A stretch of DNA of 64,000 nucleotides, from positions 32,001 through 96,000 of the forward strand of contig CAWFGO010000001.1 in NCBI GenBank assembly GCA_963815455.1, in the 5' to 3' direction. Below the pieces are notes generated by a model. It worked only from the letters and a program-made list of their open reading frames with translations, did not search any database and was not told where the DNA came from. How positions within the stretch are numbered: position 1 is the first letter of the stretch; each line of letters opens with the position of its first letter. This stretch comes from an uncultured Verrucomicrobiae bacterium. GTDB lineage: Bacteria; Verrucomicrobiota; Verrucomicrobiia; Chthoniobacterales; UBA10450. This document shows positions 41,286 to 52,758 of the stretch, one piece after another. The position numbers and the translations under genes were made by a program.

Positions 41286-42637
41286 GGCGTCGGCGAAACG
41301 GAGGCTTCCGGCGTCGGGGTTTCCTCCGGCGTGGGAGACACTTCCGGTGTCGCAGTTGCGTCGGGAGTGGCCGTCGCTTCGGGCGTAGAGGTTGGCTCGG
41401 GCGGCGTTGACACGTCCGAACTGTGCGCAGGTCCCAGGGAAGATGGCGGCAACATCAAATCGATTGCCGGCGGCGGGGACTGACTTGGCGATGACGACGC
41501 AGGCTCCTCCCGCCGCGTCTCGCTCGGCGTAGGTGTGCTTGCGGACGCCTGACTTTCGGCAGCCGGCCTGGGTGCACCCGCTCCGCTACCCTCTGACTCT
41601 GGCTTCTGCTTTTCCGCTTCCTTTTTCTTTTTCTCCGCCGCCTCCGCCGCAACAAATTCCGGCTGGAGCGCAGCCTCGCCGACTTTGCGGCGCAACTGAT
41701 CGATCCGTTTCTTGGCCTGCTCGCTCTCGCGCGAACCCGGCTGTTGGCGAATCACTTCATTATAATAAATCACCGCCGCGCGAAAATTCTTCTGCTTGTC
41801 GTAAAACTGCGCAACCTTAAACGAGCTCGTGGTTTGTTTGCCCTCGAGCAATCTTAAATTTGCCTGCGCCTGCGCCGCCTTCTCGCTGTTTGGATGGCGA
41901 AAAAGAAAATCCTGGAAGGCAGTCTTCGCGTTGGTCGTGGCCGCGACGTCTTTGGTTCCGCCGCGCGCGGCGGTAAACCAAATGTAGCCAATCTGATATT
42001 GCGCATCCGCCGCCACCGGCTCGTTCGGGAATTTATCTACCACTGCCTGGTAAGCTTGAAGAGCAGCGTCATTTGCCCCCTGTTTCTCGCGGGCCAGGCC
42101 AATGTCGAATTGAGCGCGGGCAGTGTACTTGCCGAAAGGCGCTGTCCGTACCACCGCTGCGAAAATATCCACCGCTTTATCCAGCGCCGAGGCCATCGGG
42201 ATTCCAAGAAATTTTAGCTTCCGGCCCGCCAGATAAATTTCGCCGATACGAAATTGCGCCTCGATTGCTTCGTTAAAATGCGGACTGGTCGGATATTTCT
42301 CCACCAAAGTTCGGTACGACTCCGCTGCGGGAATATATAGGCGCAATTTTTCCTGTAATTCGGCCGCGCGATACTGCGCTCCCGGCGCCAGTGCGTCCTT
42401 GAAATAACGCCGCGACAGCGTCTTATAAGCCGAGATGGCGCGTTTATAGTTACCCCGCTTTTCCGCCTTCTGTCCTTCCTCGAACAACTCCTTGGCGTTT
42501 CCGCTCAATTCCTCCTCGCCCGGGGCCACATATTTCGTCTTCTCGTTCGGCTTGAATACCACCGGGGCCTTCATCGCCAGCGGAAAACCGACCAGTGCAA
42601 TGATGAAGAAAATGAGGCCGCGAACGCTGAAATTCAT
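41282..42637 (-). CDS. bamD: Outer-membrane assembly factor BamD-like TPR protein with Pro/Thr-rich tail
   Basis: TPR helices, FQDFLFRHPNS, VAQFY..AAVIYY. Confidence 0.78.
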   Translation of the reverse strand: MNFSVRGLIFFIIALVGFPLAMKAPVVFKPNEKTKYVAPGEEELSGNAKELFEEGQKAEKRGNYKRAISAYKTLSRRYFKDALAPGAQYRAAELQEKLRLYIPAAESYRTLVEKYPTSPHFNEAIEAQFRIGEIYLAGRKLKFLGIPMASALDKAVDIFAAVVRTAPFGKYTARAQFDIGLAREKQGANDAALQAYQAVVDKFPNEPVAADAQYQIGYIWFTAARGGTKDVAATTNAKTAFQDFLFRHPNSEKAAQAQANLRLLEGKQTTSSFKVAQFYDKQKNFRAAVIYYNEVIRQQPGSRESEQAKKRIDQLRRKVGEAALQPEFVAAEAAEKKKKEAEKQKPESEGSGAGAPRPAAESQASASTPTPSETRREEPASSSPSQSPPPAIDLMLPPSSLGPAHSSDVSTPPEPTSTPEATATPDATATPEVSPTPEETPTPEASVSPTP

Positions 42638-42772
42638 GGGGCTTGGCAGGGTAGTTTACTTATCAATTCCGTCAAGTTGCGCGGACCAGGCAAAAGGGAG
42701 TAATGGAGTGCTGGAGAAATGGAGTATTGATTTCATTCCCGGCCATCATTTCGGATACTTCATTCGCCCACT

Positions 42773-43648
42773 GTGAACCTCAGCGATCAACAAAAAATAC
42801 GAATCGGCGCCTGCGCCTGGACCTTTGAGGAATGGAAGAGGTCGTTCTATCCCGCTGAGTTGCCGGAATCTCAATGGCTGGAATTTTACGCGCGCTATTT
42901 CCCGGCCGTGGAAGTCGATTCGACCTTTTATGGCGCACCCGCCGGGCAAACGGTGCAGCGCTGGGTCGAAGCCACGCCGGCCAGTTTTCGGTTTGCCTGC
43001 AAGCTTCCCCGTGAAATAACTCACGCCTGCCGTTTGCGCGATTGCCGCGCGGAGCTAACCGCCTTCCTTCAAGCGATCGAACCCCTGGCGCCGAAGTTGC
43101 AAGTGATCCTTATTCAACTCCCGCCTTCGTTCACGCCGAAAGATGGCCGCCAATCGTTGCGGAAATTCCTCACCCAGTTGCCAAAATCGTTCCGATTCGC
43201 CGTCGAATTTCGGCATCCCGGTTGGCATCGTCCGCAGATCATCAATCTCCTCGAGAAACATCGCGTCTGCTGGGTCTGGGCCGATACCACTCCGCTCAAC
43301 GAACGAAATCTTGCGCCATTTGAATTTCTCCCGCGCACCGCCGATTTTCTCTATCTCCGGTTGCTGGGTGACTACACCACCAAATACGACGCCGATGGAA
43401 AACATCTCCATCGCTACCACAAACTTCTGTGGAAACGCGAAGCCGCTCTCGATAGTTGGGCGGTTCGAATCGAACGTCACCTGTCCGAAGTCCGCAGTGT
43501 CTGGGCCTTTGTCGGTAATCACTTCGAAGGGTTCGCTCCCGAAACAAGCCAGCGTCTCGCCCAACGCCTCGGATTCGAATTACCGTTGCCCTCCGAAACC
43601 GAGAAAACTCTCTCCGAGCAAGATCGCGCCCAGCTTGAATTGCTCTAA
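42773..43648 (+). CDS. DUF72 family protein
   Basis: VEVDSTFY, FACKLPREITH, QLPPSF, AVEFRH. Confidence 0.93.
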   Translation: MNLSDQQKIRIGACAWTFEEWKRSFYPAELPESQWLEFYARYFPAVEVDSTFYGAPAGQTVQRWVEATPASFRFACKLPREITHACRLRDCRAELTAFLQAIEPLAPKLQVILIQLPPSFTPKDGRQSLRKFLTQLPKSFRFAVEFRHPGWHRPQIINLLEKHRVCWVWADTTPLNERNLAPFEFLPRTADFLYLRLLGDYTTKYDADGKHLHRYHKLLWKREAALDSWAVRIERHLSEVRSVWAFVGNHFEGFAPETSQRLAQRLGFELPLPSETEKTLSEQDRAQLELL

Positions 43649-43666
43649 TCAGGGACGCTCAAATTC

Positions 43667-43807
43667 CGTCGTCCTGAGCGACGCGAAGGACCCCGCGAAA
43701 GGCCAATAATTGCCGCATTTCGTGACGCGCGACTGCCGGCCAGACAATGTAAACGCTCGCGTACTAACAGTTCGACCGTGAGATCCCTCGCTACGCTCGG
43801 GATGACA
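43667..43807. repeat. TGTCAT-type REP doublet
   Basis: CGTCGTCCTGAGCGACGCGAAGGACCC...GATCCCTCGCTACGCTCGGGATGACA. Confidence 0.75.
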
Positions 43808-43809
43808 GA

Positions 43810-45110
<1,301 letters not shown>

Positions 45111-45119
45111 GGCGCAAAT

Positions 45120-45260
45120 TATGAATGACGAATGACGAATGTCTAATGACGAAGGAACGACGAAATCCGACTGGCCGAAACTGCCATGGACAGTTTGATG
45201 TCGTATCATGCGACATCAAACTGTCCTAAGCGCTTAACTTCATTCGGGCTTCGTCATTTT
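45120..45260. repeat. Heptamer repeat element enclosing a 16-bp perfect inverted repeat
   Basis: GAATGACGAATGACGAAT arm; GGACAGTTTGATGTCG/CGACATCAAACTGTCC at 45188-45226. Confidence 0.8.
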
Positions 45261-45312
45261 GGCCGGGCCAACTCGCACGTGACAACGATTCGCCTGGGCC
45301 GATACTTTCCCC

Positions 45313-46419
45313 GTGGAAACCCTCAGCCTTCTCGGCGTCGCCCTTGGTCTAGCGTATCTCTCCGGGATCAATCTTTATCTGACCGTCTTCGCCACCGGCC
45401 TGGCGATTCATTTCCACTGGATCACGCTCGCGCCCGCCTATCAATCGCTCGAAGTGCTGGGCGATCCCGTTGTGATCATCATCTCCGGCGTTCTCTATTT
45501 TCTCGAATTTTTTGCCGACAAAATTCCCTGGGTCGATTCGGCCTGGGACGCCGTCCACACCGTGATTCGGCCAATCGGCGGCGCGCTTCTCGCCATTCAG
45601 GTGCTCGGGCATCCCACTCCGGCTTTCGCAGTGATTGTCGGATTGCTTGGCGGCGGCACCAGCCTGGTTGCCCACACCGCCAAAGCTGCCACGCGTCTCA
45701 CCAGCAACACTTCGCCCGAGCCATTTTCGAACATCGCACTGAGTCTGGGAGAAGATGCGGCGGTTCTCGGCGGTCTGGCGCTCATCCATTACAATCCCCT
45801 GTTCGCTCTGTTCGTCTTCGCGCTTGCCATCGTCGGCTTCCTTTATTTTGCGCCAAAGATTTTGCGCGCTATGAAATCAAAAATCTGGCTGGCCTTGAAA
45901 AAGTTGAATGGCCCGGCCGATCTCGGCACTCCGGTCCAACTTCCTCTCGCCCTGCCGGCCCGGCTGGCCGCTGTGTTCAGTCGCGAAAATGTTCTTGGCG
46001 AAACGACCGCCTGGGCTGCGCCGTGCATCAGCGGACGCGGTCGCCGCATCCCGGCGAATCTTTTTGGCGCGCTGGTCGCCACCAATGAGGAGCCGAGAAA
46101 GCTGCGGTTCGTTGCGCGAAAAAATGGACGGCCATTTTCCCAGACCGATCGATCTCGAAGGCTCGATGGTCGCGCACGAGCCAAAATTTCTGTCCGAAAA
46201 TCTCATTATCTTCCCGGCCGCCGGCAAAGGTCCAAAATATCTTGTTCGTGTTTCCCCGGCCGCACGCCGCGATGGTGGAACGGATCGTGGAATATTTGCG
46301 CGAGCGTTTGGGTCGGCACGAGCCCGCGGAGGAAGCGGTGGTTGCGAGCGCAGAATAGGTGGATCGAGCAGTCTCCTTACTCGATGCTGAAAAAGAAACG
46401 CCTTCGGCGCCTGAATTAG
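45313..46419 (+). CDS. DUF4126 family membrane protein, 3' part frameshifted (about 46147 onward)
   Basis: SGINLY, EFFADKIPWVDSAWD..HT.IRP, EPFSN..SLGED. Confidence 0.8.
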   Translation: METLSLLGVALGLAYLSGINLYLTVFATGLAIHFHWITLAPAYQSLEVLGDPVVIIISGVLYFLEFFADKIPWVDSAWDAVHTVIRPIGGALLAIQVLGHPTPAFAVIVGLLGGGTSLVAHTAKAATRLTSNTSPEPFSNIALSLGEDAAVLGGLALIHYNPLFALFVFALAIVGFLYFAPKILRAMKSKIWLALKKLNGPADLGTPVQLPLALPARLAAVFSRENVLGETTAWAAPCISGRGRRIPANLFGALVATNEEPRKLRFVARKNGRPFSQTDRSRRLDGRARAKISVRKSHYLPGRRQRSKISCSCFPGRTPRWWNGSWNICASVWVGTSPRRKRWLRAQNRWIEQSPYSMLKKKRLRRLN

Positions 46420-46482
46420 CATCGCCCGACGGAGCGGTCGATCCACCTTCCCCTCTCACGCGCGCTGCGATACAACCGAAGC

Positions 46483-47869
46483 ATGCGAGGACAGCCTGCC
46501 GATCGCTACGCCGAAATGCGCGAATAGCGCCGCGTCCGCGAACGCGCTTTGTTTCCAACGTTGCGCACACCGAGCGAGCTGGAGCTGCAGGCGCGCTGGT
46601 TCGCCGGCGATTTCGGGCAAACAATTGTTTCCCCAGCCGGCGACAAGATCGACATTGTCCAGTTTGGCACCTGGAACCGCGAAGCCGGGCCGGATTTTCG
46701 CGACGCGGCGGTTCGTTGAACGGCGGCGAGCCGATTCGCGGCTGCATCGAGATCGATCTGGCCGATCGCAATTGGGAGACGCATGGCCACGCAACTAATC
46801 CGGCGTTCGAGGATGACCGTGCTCCACGTCTTCATTGATAAAAGCGAGCGCGAATTTTTTACTCGGACGAAATCGAATCGCGAAGTGCCTCAAGTGCGCA
46901 TCGATCTCGACACGTTGCCGGAAAACTTCAGCGCGAACATTCCGCTGGCGCGACCGGGGCGTTGCCAGGCGCCGTTGAGAAATCTGCCGGAAGATCAAGT
47001 CGTGAGCATTCTCGACGCGGCGGCCCAGTTTCGTTTAGACAAAAGGCGGCGCGCATCCGGCGCAAGATCGACAACTGCCAGTCCGGCTCGGACCATCGTT
47101 CGACGAAGTGCTGTTTCAGGAATGGCGGCGGCGCTCGGTTACAAGGAGAACAAACTGCCGTTCACTCTGCTGGCGCAACGTTTGCCGCTGAAGTTTTTGC
47201 GCGAAACAATGCGCTGACTGCGAAGCGCTGCTCTTCGGAGTCGGCGGTTTTCTGCAGACGCCCGATCTCGCGGTTTACCAAAATCGACGCGAGAATACGT
47301 GAGCAAATTATGGGACAGTTGGTGGCCTTATCGCGACGAATTCAAACAATTGATTGTGCCAAAAAAGTTTGGAAAATCAGTGGCACCCGACCGGTCAACC
47401 ATCCTCAGCGCCGTCTGGCGGCGTTGGCGGCTCTCGCATCAATGGCCAACGTTCGCGAAGCGTTTCGAACGGATAATCAACCGGCGTTGAAACATTTTCT
47501 CCTCGGCCTGCAACATTCGTTTTGGAATTTTCATTACACACTCACAGCAAAAGCGTCGGCGAAAGAGATGGCGTTGATTGGCGAATCGCGCGTCGCAGAC
47601 ATTTTGGCGAACGTCTTTTATCCCTTCGCGTTTTCCGAAGGGCCGCGATCTCTGGCACGATTTCGAGAAATTGCCGGCGCCGTCTGTCCAATCGCCGGCT
47701 CGCAACCGGCGCAACGCGTTTGTTCGGAGACGATCCACGCCGCAAGGAATTTCTCAAAACCGTCGCCGGTCAACAGGGCCTCCTCCAGATCTACGAAGAT
47801 TTCTGCCTGCAGGATAACTCCGATTGCGCGCAATGTCCGTTCCCCGAGCAAATGAAGAAATGGGTGTAG
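46483..47869 (+). CDS. DUF2851 family protein, multiply frameshifted
   Basis: Pieces in different frames: LQARWFAGDFG, GTWNREAGPDF, IEID..WETHGH, RPVNHPQRRL, QQGLLQIYEDFC..CAQC. Confidence 0.75.
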
Positions 47870-47925
47870 CGGCGGGCGTGTCGCCCGCAAACATTTGAAA
47901 CTGCGGCCGCACGGCCGCCTCTACA
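47865..47925. repeat. GTAG-type REP doublet
   Basis: TGTAGCGGCGGGCG..CGCCCGC ... GCGGCCG..CGGCCGCCTCTACA; overlaps the stop codon. Confidence 0.7.
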
Positions 47926-47986
47926 TTCTCCCGAAAATTGAATGTTGAACGTTGGACGTTGAGCGTTGAACGTTTTGCTCTTCCAC

Positions 47987-48598
47987 ATGCACCAGCTTTC
48001 TCGCAGGCAGAGCGCTTTCACCCTCATCGAGCTTCTGGTCGTCATCTCGATCATTATCATTTTGATGGGGCTGCTTTTTCCCGCGTTTCGCGGCGCCCAG
48101 GATCAGGCGAAAAAAGTCGAGGCCAAGAACGATCTCGCCCAAATCGTGAATGCGGTGAACGCGTTTTATGCGGAATACGGTCGTTACCCGACTGACTCGA
48201 CAATCGATATTACCTACGGACCAGCCGGCGTCGGCAATGATACGTTATTTAACGAGCTGCGTAGCACGGGCGCAATCATCAACACGCGAAAGATCGTTTT
48301 CCTCAACGCTCCCGATGTAAAAGATCCCGGCAACCCGCGGTCGGGCATTGGAACAACTGTCGGAGCCGGCCAATTTTTCGATGCCTGGGGAACGCCCTAC
48401 AGCATTTCGCTCGACGCCGATTACGACAATACGATCACGAATCCCTACGGCGCGGGTGGTGGAGCCGGCGCCGATCCGCTTCGGCAAGGGGTCCTGGCAA
48501 GGTCGTTCGGCAAAGACAAAGCAGCTGGCAACAAAGGCGACAACGTTTACAGGACCGCCGCCGGCGTCCAATCCGACGACGTGATTTCGTGGCAGTAA
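47987..48598 (+). CDS. Prepilin-type N-methylation domain protein (pseudopilin G-like)
   Basis: SA|FTLIELLVVI class III signal; YGRYP; DAWG.PY. Confidence 0.9.
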   Translation: MHQLSRRQSAFTLIELLVVISIIIILMGLLFPAFRGAQDQAKKVEAKNDLAQIVNAVNAFYAEYGRYPTDSTIDITYGPAGVGNDTLFNELRSTGAIINTRKIVFLNAPDVKDPGNPRSGIGTTVGAGQFFDAWGTPYSISLDADYDNTITNPYGAGGGAGADPLRQGVLARSFGKDKAAGNKGDNVYRTAAGVQSDDVISWQ

Positions 48599-48659
48599 CC
48601 GCCGGACTAGCCAGTTTGAGGATCGACAATTTCGATTTCGACTGCTGTAGTCTCGTAAC

Positions 48660-49172
48660 GTGAGACGATCAGCAATCTGGTCGAGTTTCTGCGCAATTGG
48701 AGCGCTCCTTTTCGCGGCGCAGCTTTCCCGCGCTTCCGCGCAAATTGTCGAAATCGTGTCCAGCAACGATTGGAACGCCGCGGCGGTCCGCCTCGAGATC
48801 AGTCGCAGTCAGCGTCAGGTGACGTTGTATCGCGGCCCAATCCAGATCAAAAGCTATTCAGTGGCGATTGGTCGTCCCGGCTGGGAAACACCGACAGGAA
48901 AGTTTCACGTTCTCCAGATGCAAAAGAACCCGACTTGGAAGCATCCACTGACCGGCGAAATTTTTGGCGCGGGCGATGAAGGCAATGAGCTTGGGCAGTA
49001 TTGGATCGGATTTTTGACGACCAGCAAGGGCGCGATTGGATTTCACGATACGCCGCATCCGGAAACAGTTGGAAAAGCGGTGTCGCACGGTTGCGTGCGA
49101 ATGTTCGAGGACGATATCGCGGATTTGTTCCGGCAAGTCCGCGTCGGCACACTTGTCACCGTCGTGCCATAA
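48660..49172 (+). CDS. L,D-transpeptidase (YkuD family)
   Basis: VAIG..ETPTG.F, IGFH, SHGCVRM. Confidence 0.92.
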   Translation: MRRSAIWSSFCAIGALLFAAQLSRASAQIVEIVSSNDWNAAAVRLEISRSQRQVTLYRGPIQIKSYSVAIGRPGWETPTGKFHVLQMQKNPTWKHPLTGEIFGAGDEGNELGQYWIGFLTTSKGAIGFHDTPHPETVGKAVSHGCVRMFEDDIADLFRQVRVGTLVTVVP

Positions 49173-49228
49173 CTCAGTCGCGATTGTAATCGTCGATCTT
49201 GCGCAATCGTCGTCGCGTCGATTTCAGC

Positions 49229-51238
49229 TCACCACAACGCCTGGACCGGATTTGGCGGATGAATCAATTCCGGCGGCGGCGGACTATCTTTGAGATAATT
49301 ATCAACTGCTTCCTTGCTGGCGTCGTCGATGTTCTTGCCCGCCTCTCTTTCGGCCTCGTGCGCTTTTTCCGCGACTTTCTCTGCGTTACGCAAATTGCCC
49401 ATCGCGCTCTTACCGTCGTCGGTCTTGCTGAAATCCTGTTTAAAATCGTTCTCGAGCTTCTTCAATTGATTATCGAGTTTCTTAAACGCGTCTTTGTCGG
49501 CGCCCGTCGCGCCAGCAGCCTTGGCTTTCTTCTCGGCATCATCACGCTGACTTTTCAAGTCGTTATAGCTTTTCTTTTGATTGAGGAACTCCTTGAACTT
49601 CTCGTTGTAATTATCTAAAGCCTCGTCTTTGAGCTGATCGGTCCAGCCAGCCTTAAACTTCTTCTCCAGCCAATCGGCAAACGGATACTCTTTTAGAAAT
49701 TTGTCCCACCAATCGAATCGGTAAACGTAACCTTTTTTCTTTTTGCCCTTTTTATCCTTCTTATCCTTTTTCGGTTTCTCTTTTGTTCCGGGGCCGGGAG
49801 TTGGCGTGTCGTTTGAAATATTGACGGTTGTCCCTGTCGCCAATTCTTCCTCCTCCGGTTCTTCCAGTTCCTTGGCCTTGGTCGAAGTCAGTTCCACTTT
49901 TTCGAAGATCGTGTCGATGCCCTCGTCGACTTTCTTTTTCGTCTCCGGCTTCATCGGCCCTTTTTCTTCGATTTGTTTGTAGACGACTTTTTGAAGGTCT
50001 TCTTTCGTAGCCGGAGTTGAGCCCGTGATTTGGCAGATTTGTGGGTCGCTCCAAACGCTCCACTGAATCACGATGTCCTTCTGCTTTTGCTTATCGTGGT
50101 AGGGCAATTCCTTGAGCTTGCCTTCTTTTTGCAATTCCTCGGCGGCATCGTACTTGGAACTGGCCAGCCGAAGCATCTCGTTTGCATCCTTCGGCCGGAG
50201 ATGCGAGCCGGCCATTTGCGTCGGGCCCCCTTCATTGATCACCAGATCGCCAGTCTCGCCTTTGCCGACTGGCGGTTTGCTTCGGTCGAGACAAACCCCA
50301 TCCATCGGCACTGTTTTGCTCTGGTTCGGACCAAGCTGAACCATCTGTTCCTTCGGACAGGCGTAATGCTGATTCTTCCCGCTGCTAGATTCCAACACCA
50401 TCGCCGGAATGACAAAGCTGACCGCCTGGTTTGTTAGGTTTTGAATTCTGCAATCGGCAATGTGGCCGATGGTTGCGCCGGTCCCAGCCAGTTCCAAAGC
50501 GACGGTCTTCTGACCAAGCAGCAAAGAAAGCGTTTTCTCCGGAGCTTTCTCAGACGAGGGCGACGGAGATCGCGTTGGGCTCGGTGATCCCTCCAAAACT
50601 AATCCGGCCGATCCCCATTTTTTTTGCAAATCACCCAGAAACGCACCGAGTTTGGGGAAACTGTTCGGATCGGACACCATGCCTTCCGAGTTTTCCCATT
50701 CTCCCGTCTTAGGATTCCGTTGCTGCGTTTTCCAAACGTCGGTCTTCCCGTCCTCCCAACCTTCAAAGGAGTATGTGACCCCAGTCGCAGGATTTTTCCC
50801 GCTCGAATCGTAGGTTTGAAAACGATCGTAAAGCATCGTGCCATCTTTGGTTGAGAAAACCTGATCCGTCTTTGACTGAAGAGTCTTTCCATCTTTCAGA
50901 TAATTGTAAGTGGTGACCGTTGTTCGATTCGTGTTTGGGTTCGACTGAACAAACACCGCCATCGCCAGCTTTTCCTGTTTCTTTCCAAATTTGACCCACT
51001 CGATCTTGGTAAGGTTTCCGTCCTTGTCCCGAGTCGTCCGCTTCTCACCAGTGCCAACAAAGGGCCCACTTTGAATACCGTCTTTACCGAAACTCACCCT
51101 TTCACTCGCGGTCGTGCCGCCGTCCAGGTTTTTTGTAACTTTCGGTTCGTCGCCGCAAACGGAAATGACGAGGCCAAACCAGCTCAGAGCGAGCAACACC
51201 CGCCATGCTCCACCGGATGCAGGGCTATTTGAACTCAT
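49229..51238 (-). CDS. Secreted multidomain hypothetical protein (operon gene 4)
   Basis: 669-aa ORF with signal peptide; central domain paralogous to the C-half of 51235-52758; ATGA overlap. Confidence 0.85.
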   Translation of the reverse strand: MSSNSPASGGAWRVLLALSWFGLVISVCGDEPKVTKNLDGGTTASERVSFGKDGIQSGPFVGTGEKRTTRDKDGNLTKIEWVKFGKKQEKLAMAVFVQSNPNTNRTTVTTYNYLKDGKTLQSKTDQVFSTKDGTMLYDRFQTYDSSGKNPATGVTYSFEGWEDGKTDVWKTQQRNPKTGEWENSEGMVSDPNSFPKLGAFLGDLQKKWGSAGLVLEGSPSPTRSPSPSSEKAPEKTLSLLLGQKTVALELAGTGATIGHIADCRIQNLTNQAVSFVIPAMVLESSSGKNQHYACPKEQMVQLGPNQSKTVPMDGVCLDRSKPPVGKGETGDLVINEGGPTQMAGSHLRPKDANEMLRLASSKYDAAEELQKEGKLKELPYHDKQKQKDIVIQWSVWSDPQICQITGSTPATKEDLQKVVYKQIEEKGPMKPETKKKVDEGIDTIFEKVELTSTKAKELEEPEEEELATGTTVNISNDTPTPGPGTKEKPKKDKKDKKGKKKKGYVYRFDWWDKFLKEYPFADWLEKKFKAGWTDQLKDEALDNYNEKFKEFLNQKKSYNDLKSQRDDAEKKAKAAGATGADKDAFKKLDNQLKKLENDFKQDFSKTDDGKSAMGNLRNAEKVAEKAHEAEREAGKNIDDASKEAVDNYLKDSPPPPELIHPPNPVQALW

Positions 51239-52758
51239 GGCTTCGGCTCTTCCTTTTTTTCGTCGACCGGCTGGTTTTCGCCTTTCGCCTCTTTCCCGGT
51301 CAGCTCAACGTTCTGGAAGAGATCGGGCGTCTCTAGTTCTTTCGCCTTCTCGCCCGTGATCTCAATCTTTTCAAAGATCGTGTCAATGCCCTTGTCGATC
51401 TTCTTCTTGGTGGCGGAGCTTGGTGTCCCTTTTTCCTCAACCTGTTTGTAGACGACCTTCGTCAGGTCTTCTTTTGTTGCCGCCGGCGTTTTTGAGATCT
51501 CGGAAATTCGCGGGTTGGTCCAGGTGGTCCATTGAAGCAAAATTTCCCTCTGCTCCTTTTTGTTTTTGTAGGGAAAATCTTTGAGCTCACCGCTTTTCTG
51601 AACCTGGTCCACGGCGTCGTAAATCGACTGGCAAATTCGCAGCAAACCGCCGGCGGCCTTCGCCGTAATATGACAATCAGAATGTTGCGCGACGCCGGGA
51701 TCGACCGTGTTCAGCACGAGTTCGCCGCTGCCGCCTTTTTCCACCGGCGGCTTGTCCCGATTAATACAAACGCCTTCCAACGGGACTATCTTGGTTTGAT
51801 GAGGCGTCAGCGTGACCTCCTGCGGCTGGGGACAGGCGTAGTCCTGGTTCTTGCCGCTCTTCGATTCAAGGAGGAGGGCCGGGATGACAAAAACCAGCGA
51901 GCCATCCGACAAGTTTTGCAGTTTAAGGTCGGCCACATGTCCGATCGTTTCGCCGGTGCCAATCGTTTCCACTTTAACTTTCTCGGGCTCCTTCCCACTT
52001 CCATTCGAATGCGACAACACATCCATCGGCTGAGCGGTAATAAAGAGGAGCAGGTTGCGCTTGTGTGGGGGATCTTTCACGAACAGCCCGCCCAGCACGG
52101 GAATTTGTCCTAGCCCGATCGTAACATCGTTAGTCGATTTCTGTTCGTCCTGGGCCCGCTGCTGGGGTTCATTTCCTGTTACCGACTGAATCCTGGGATT
52201 GAACGTCATTTCCATGCTGCCATCTGCGTTCACCCGCGGCTTGATCTCCAGAATGAGCCCCCCATCTGAAAATCCGACCGATTGGGGGACGTAAACGTTC
52301 GCCGGCTGATTGCTCGGAATCGTAATAACCGGTTGCGCAATTACGTTGACGCCCTTCTCGTGATCGAACGCCTTCAGAATCGCGTCAGATTGCTCGCGCG
52401 TGAGCAGGCCAGTGAGGTTGATGTTGCCCGGTTCCGCATCGTCGGGGAAAAACCGCTGGTCAATGATTTTAGTTGAGGGAGACGCGCCCAGACCCAAAGC
52501 CGTCGCCTGCGACGAAGAGAGGTTCGACGCATCGGAAGACAATTTCCCAAGCGCATCAGCAATGCGCGCGTCGATCCCCAATTCGCGCGTCGTGTTTCGA
52601 CTCACCTCGACAAGCTTGGCTTCGATCTGTACCTGCGGCGTCAACGTTTCGGCAAAGGTCAATTGGCCGAAGAAGAGGCAGCTGGACGCAACAATGGTGC
52701 CGGCGGCCATGAACAGGCGCACAACCGCGATCCGAACGTGCGATGTTGTCGCCATCAT
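51235..52758 (-). CDS. Secretin-core domain fused to an uncharacterised domain (operon gene 3)
   Basis: QVQIEAKLVEV..ELG, VIAQPVI, GLILEIKPRV, LGQIPVLGGLF, NLLLFIT. Confidence 0.82.
   Translation of the reverse strand: MMATTSHVRIAVVRLFMAAGTIVASSCLFFGQLTFAETLTPQVQIEAKLVEVSRNTTRELGIDARIADALGKLSSDASNLSSSQATALGLGASPSTKIIDQRFFPDDAEPGNINLTGLLTREQSDAILKAFDHEKGVNVIAQPVITIPSNQPANVYVPQSVGFSDGGLILEIKPRVNADGSMEMTFNPRIQSVTGNEPQQRAQDEQKSTNDVTIGLGQIPVLGGLFVKDPPHKRNLLLFITAQPMDVLSHSNGSGKEPEKVKVETIGTGETIGHVADLKLQNLSDGSLVFVIPALLLESKSGKNQDYACPQPQEVTLTPHQTKIVPLEGVCINRDKPPVEKGGSGELVLNTVDPGVAQHSDCHITAKAAGGLLRICQSIYDAVDQVQKSGELKDFPYKNKKEQREILLQWTTWTNPRISEISKTPAATKEDLTKVVYKQVEEKGTPSSATKKKIDKGIDTIFEKIEITGEKAKELETPDLFQNVELTGKEAKGENQPVDEKKEEPKP

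Noticed and set aside
41282..41560. Pro/Thr repeats in the BamD-like tail
   Set aside because: Generic low-complexity disordered tail with no evidence of a distinct function.
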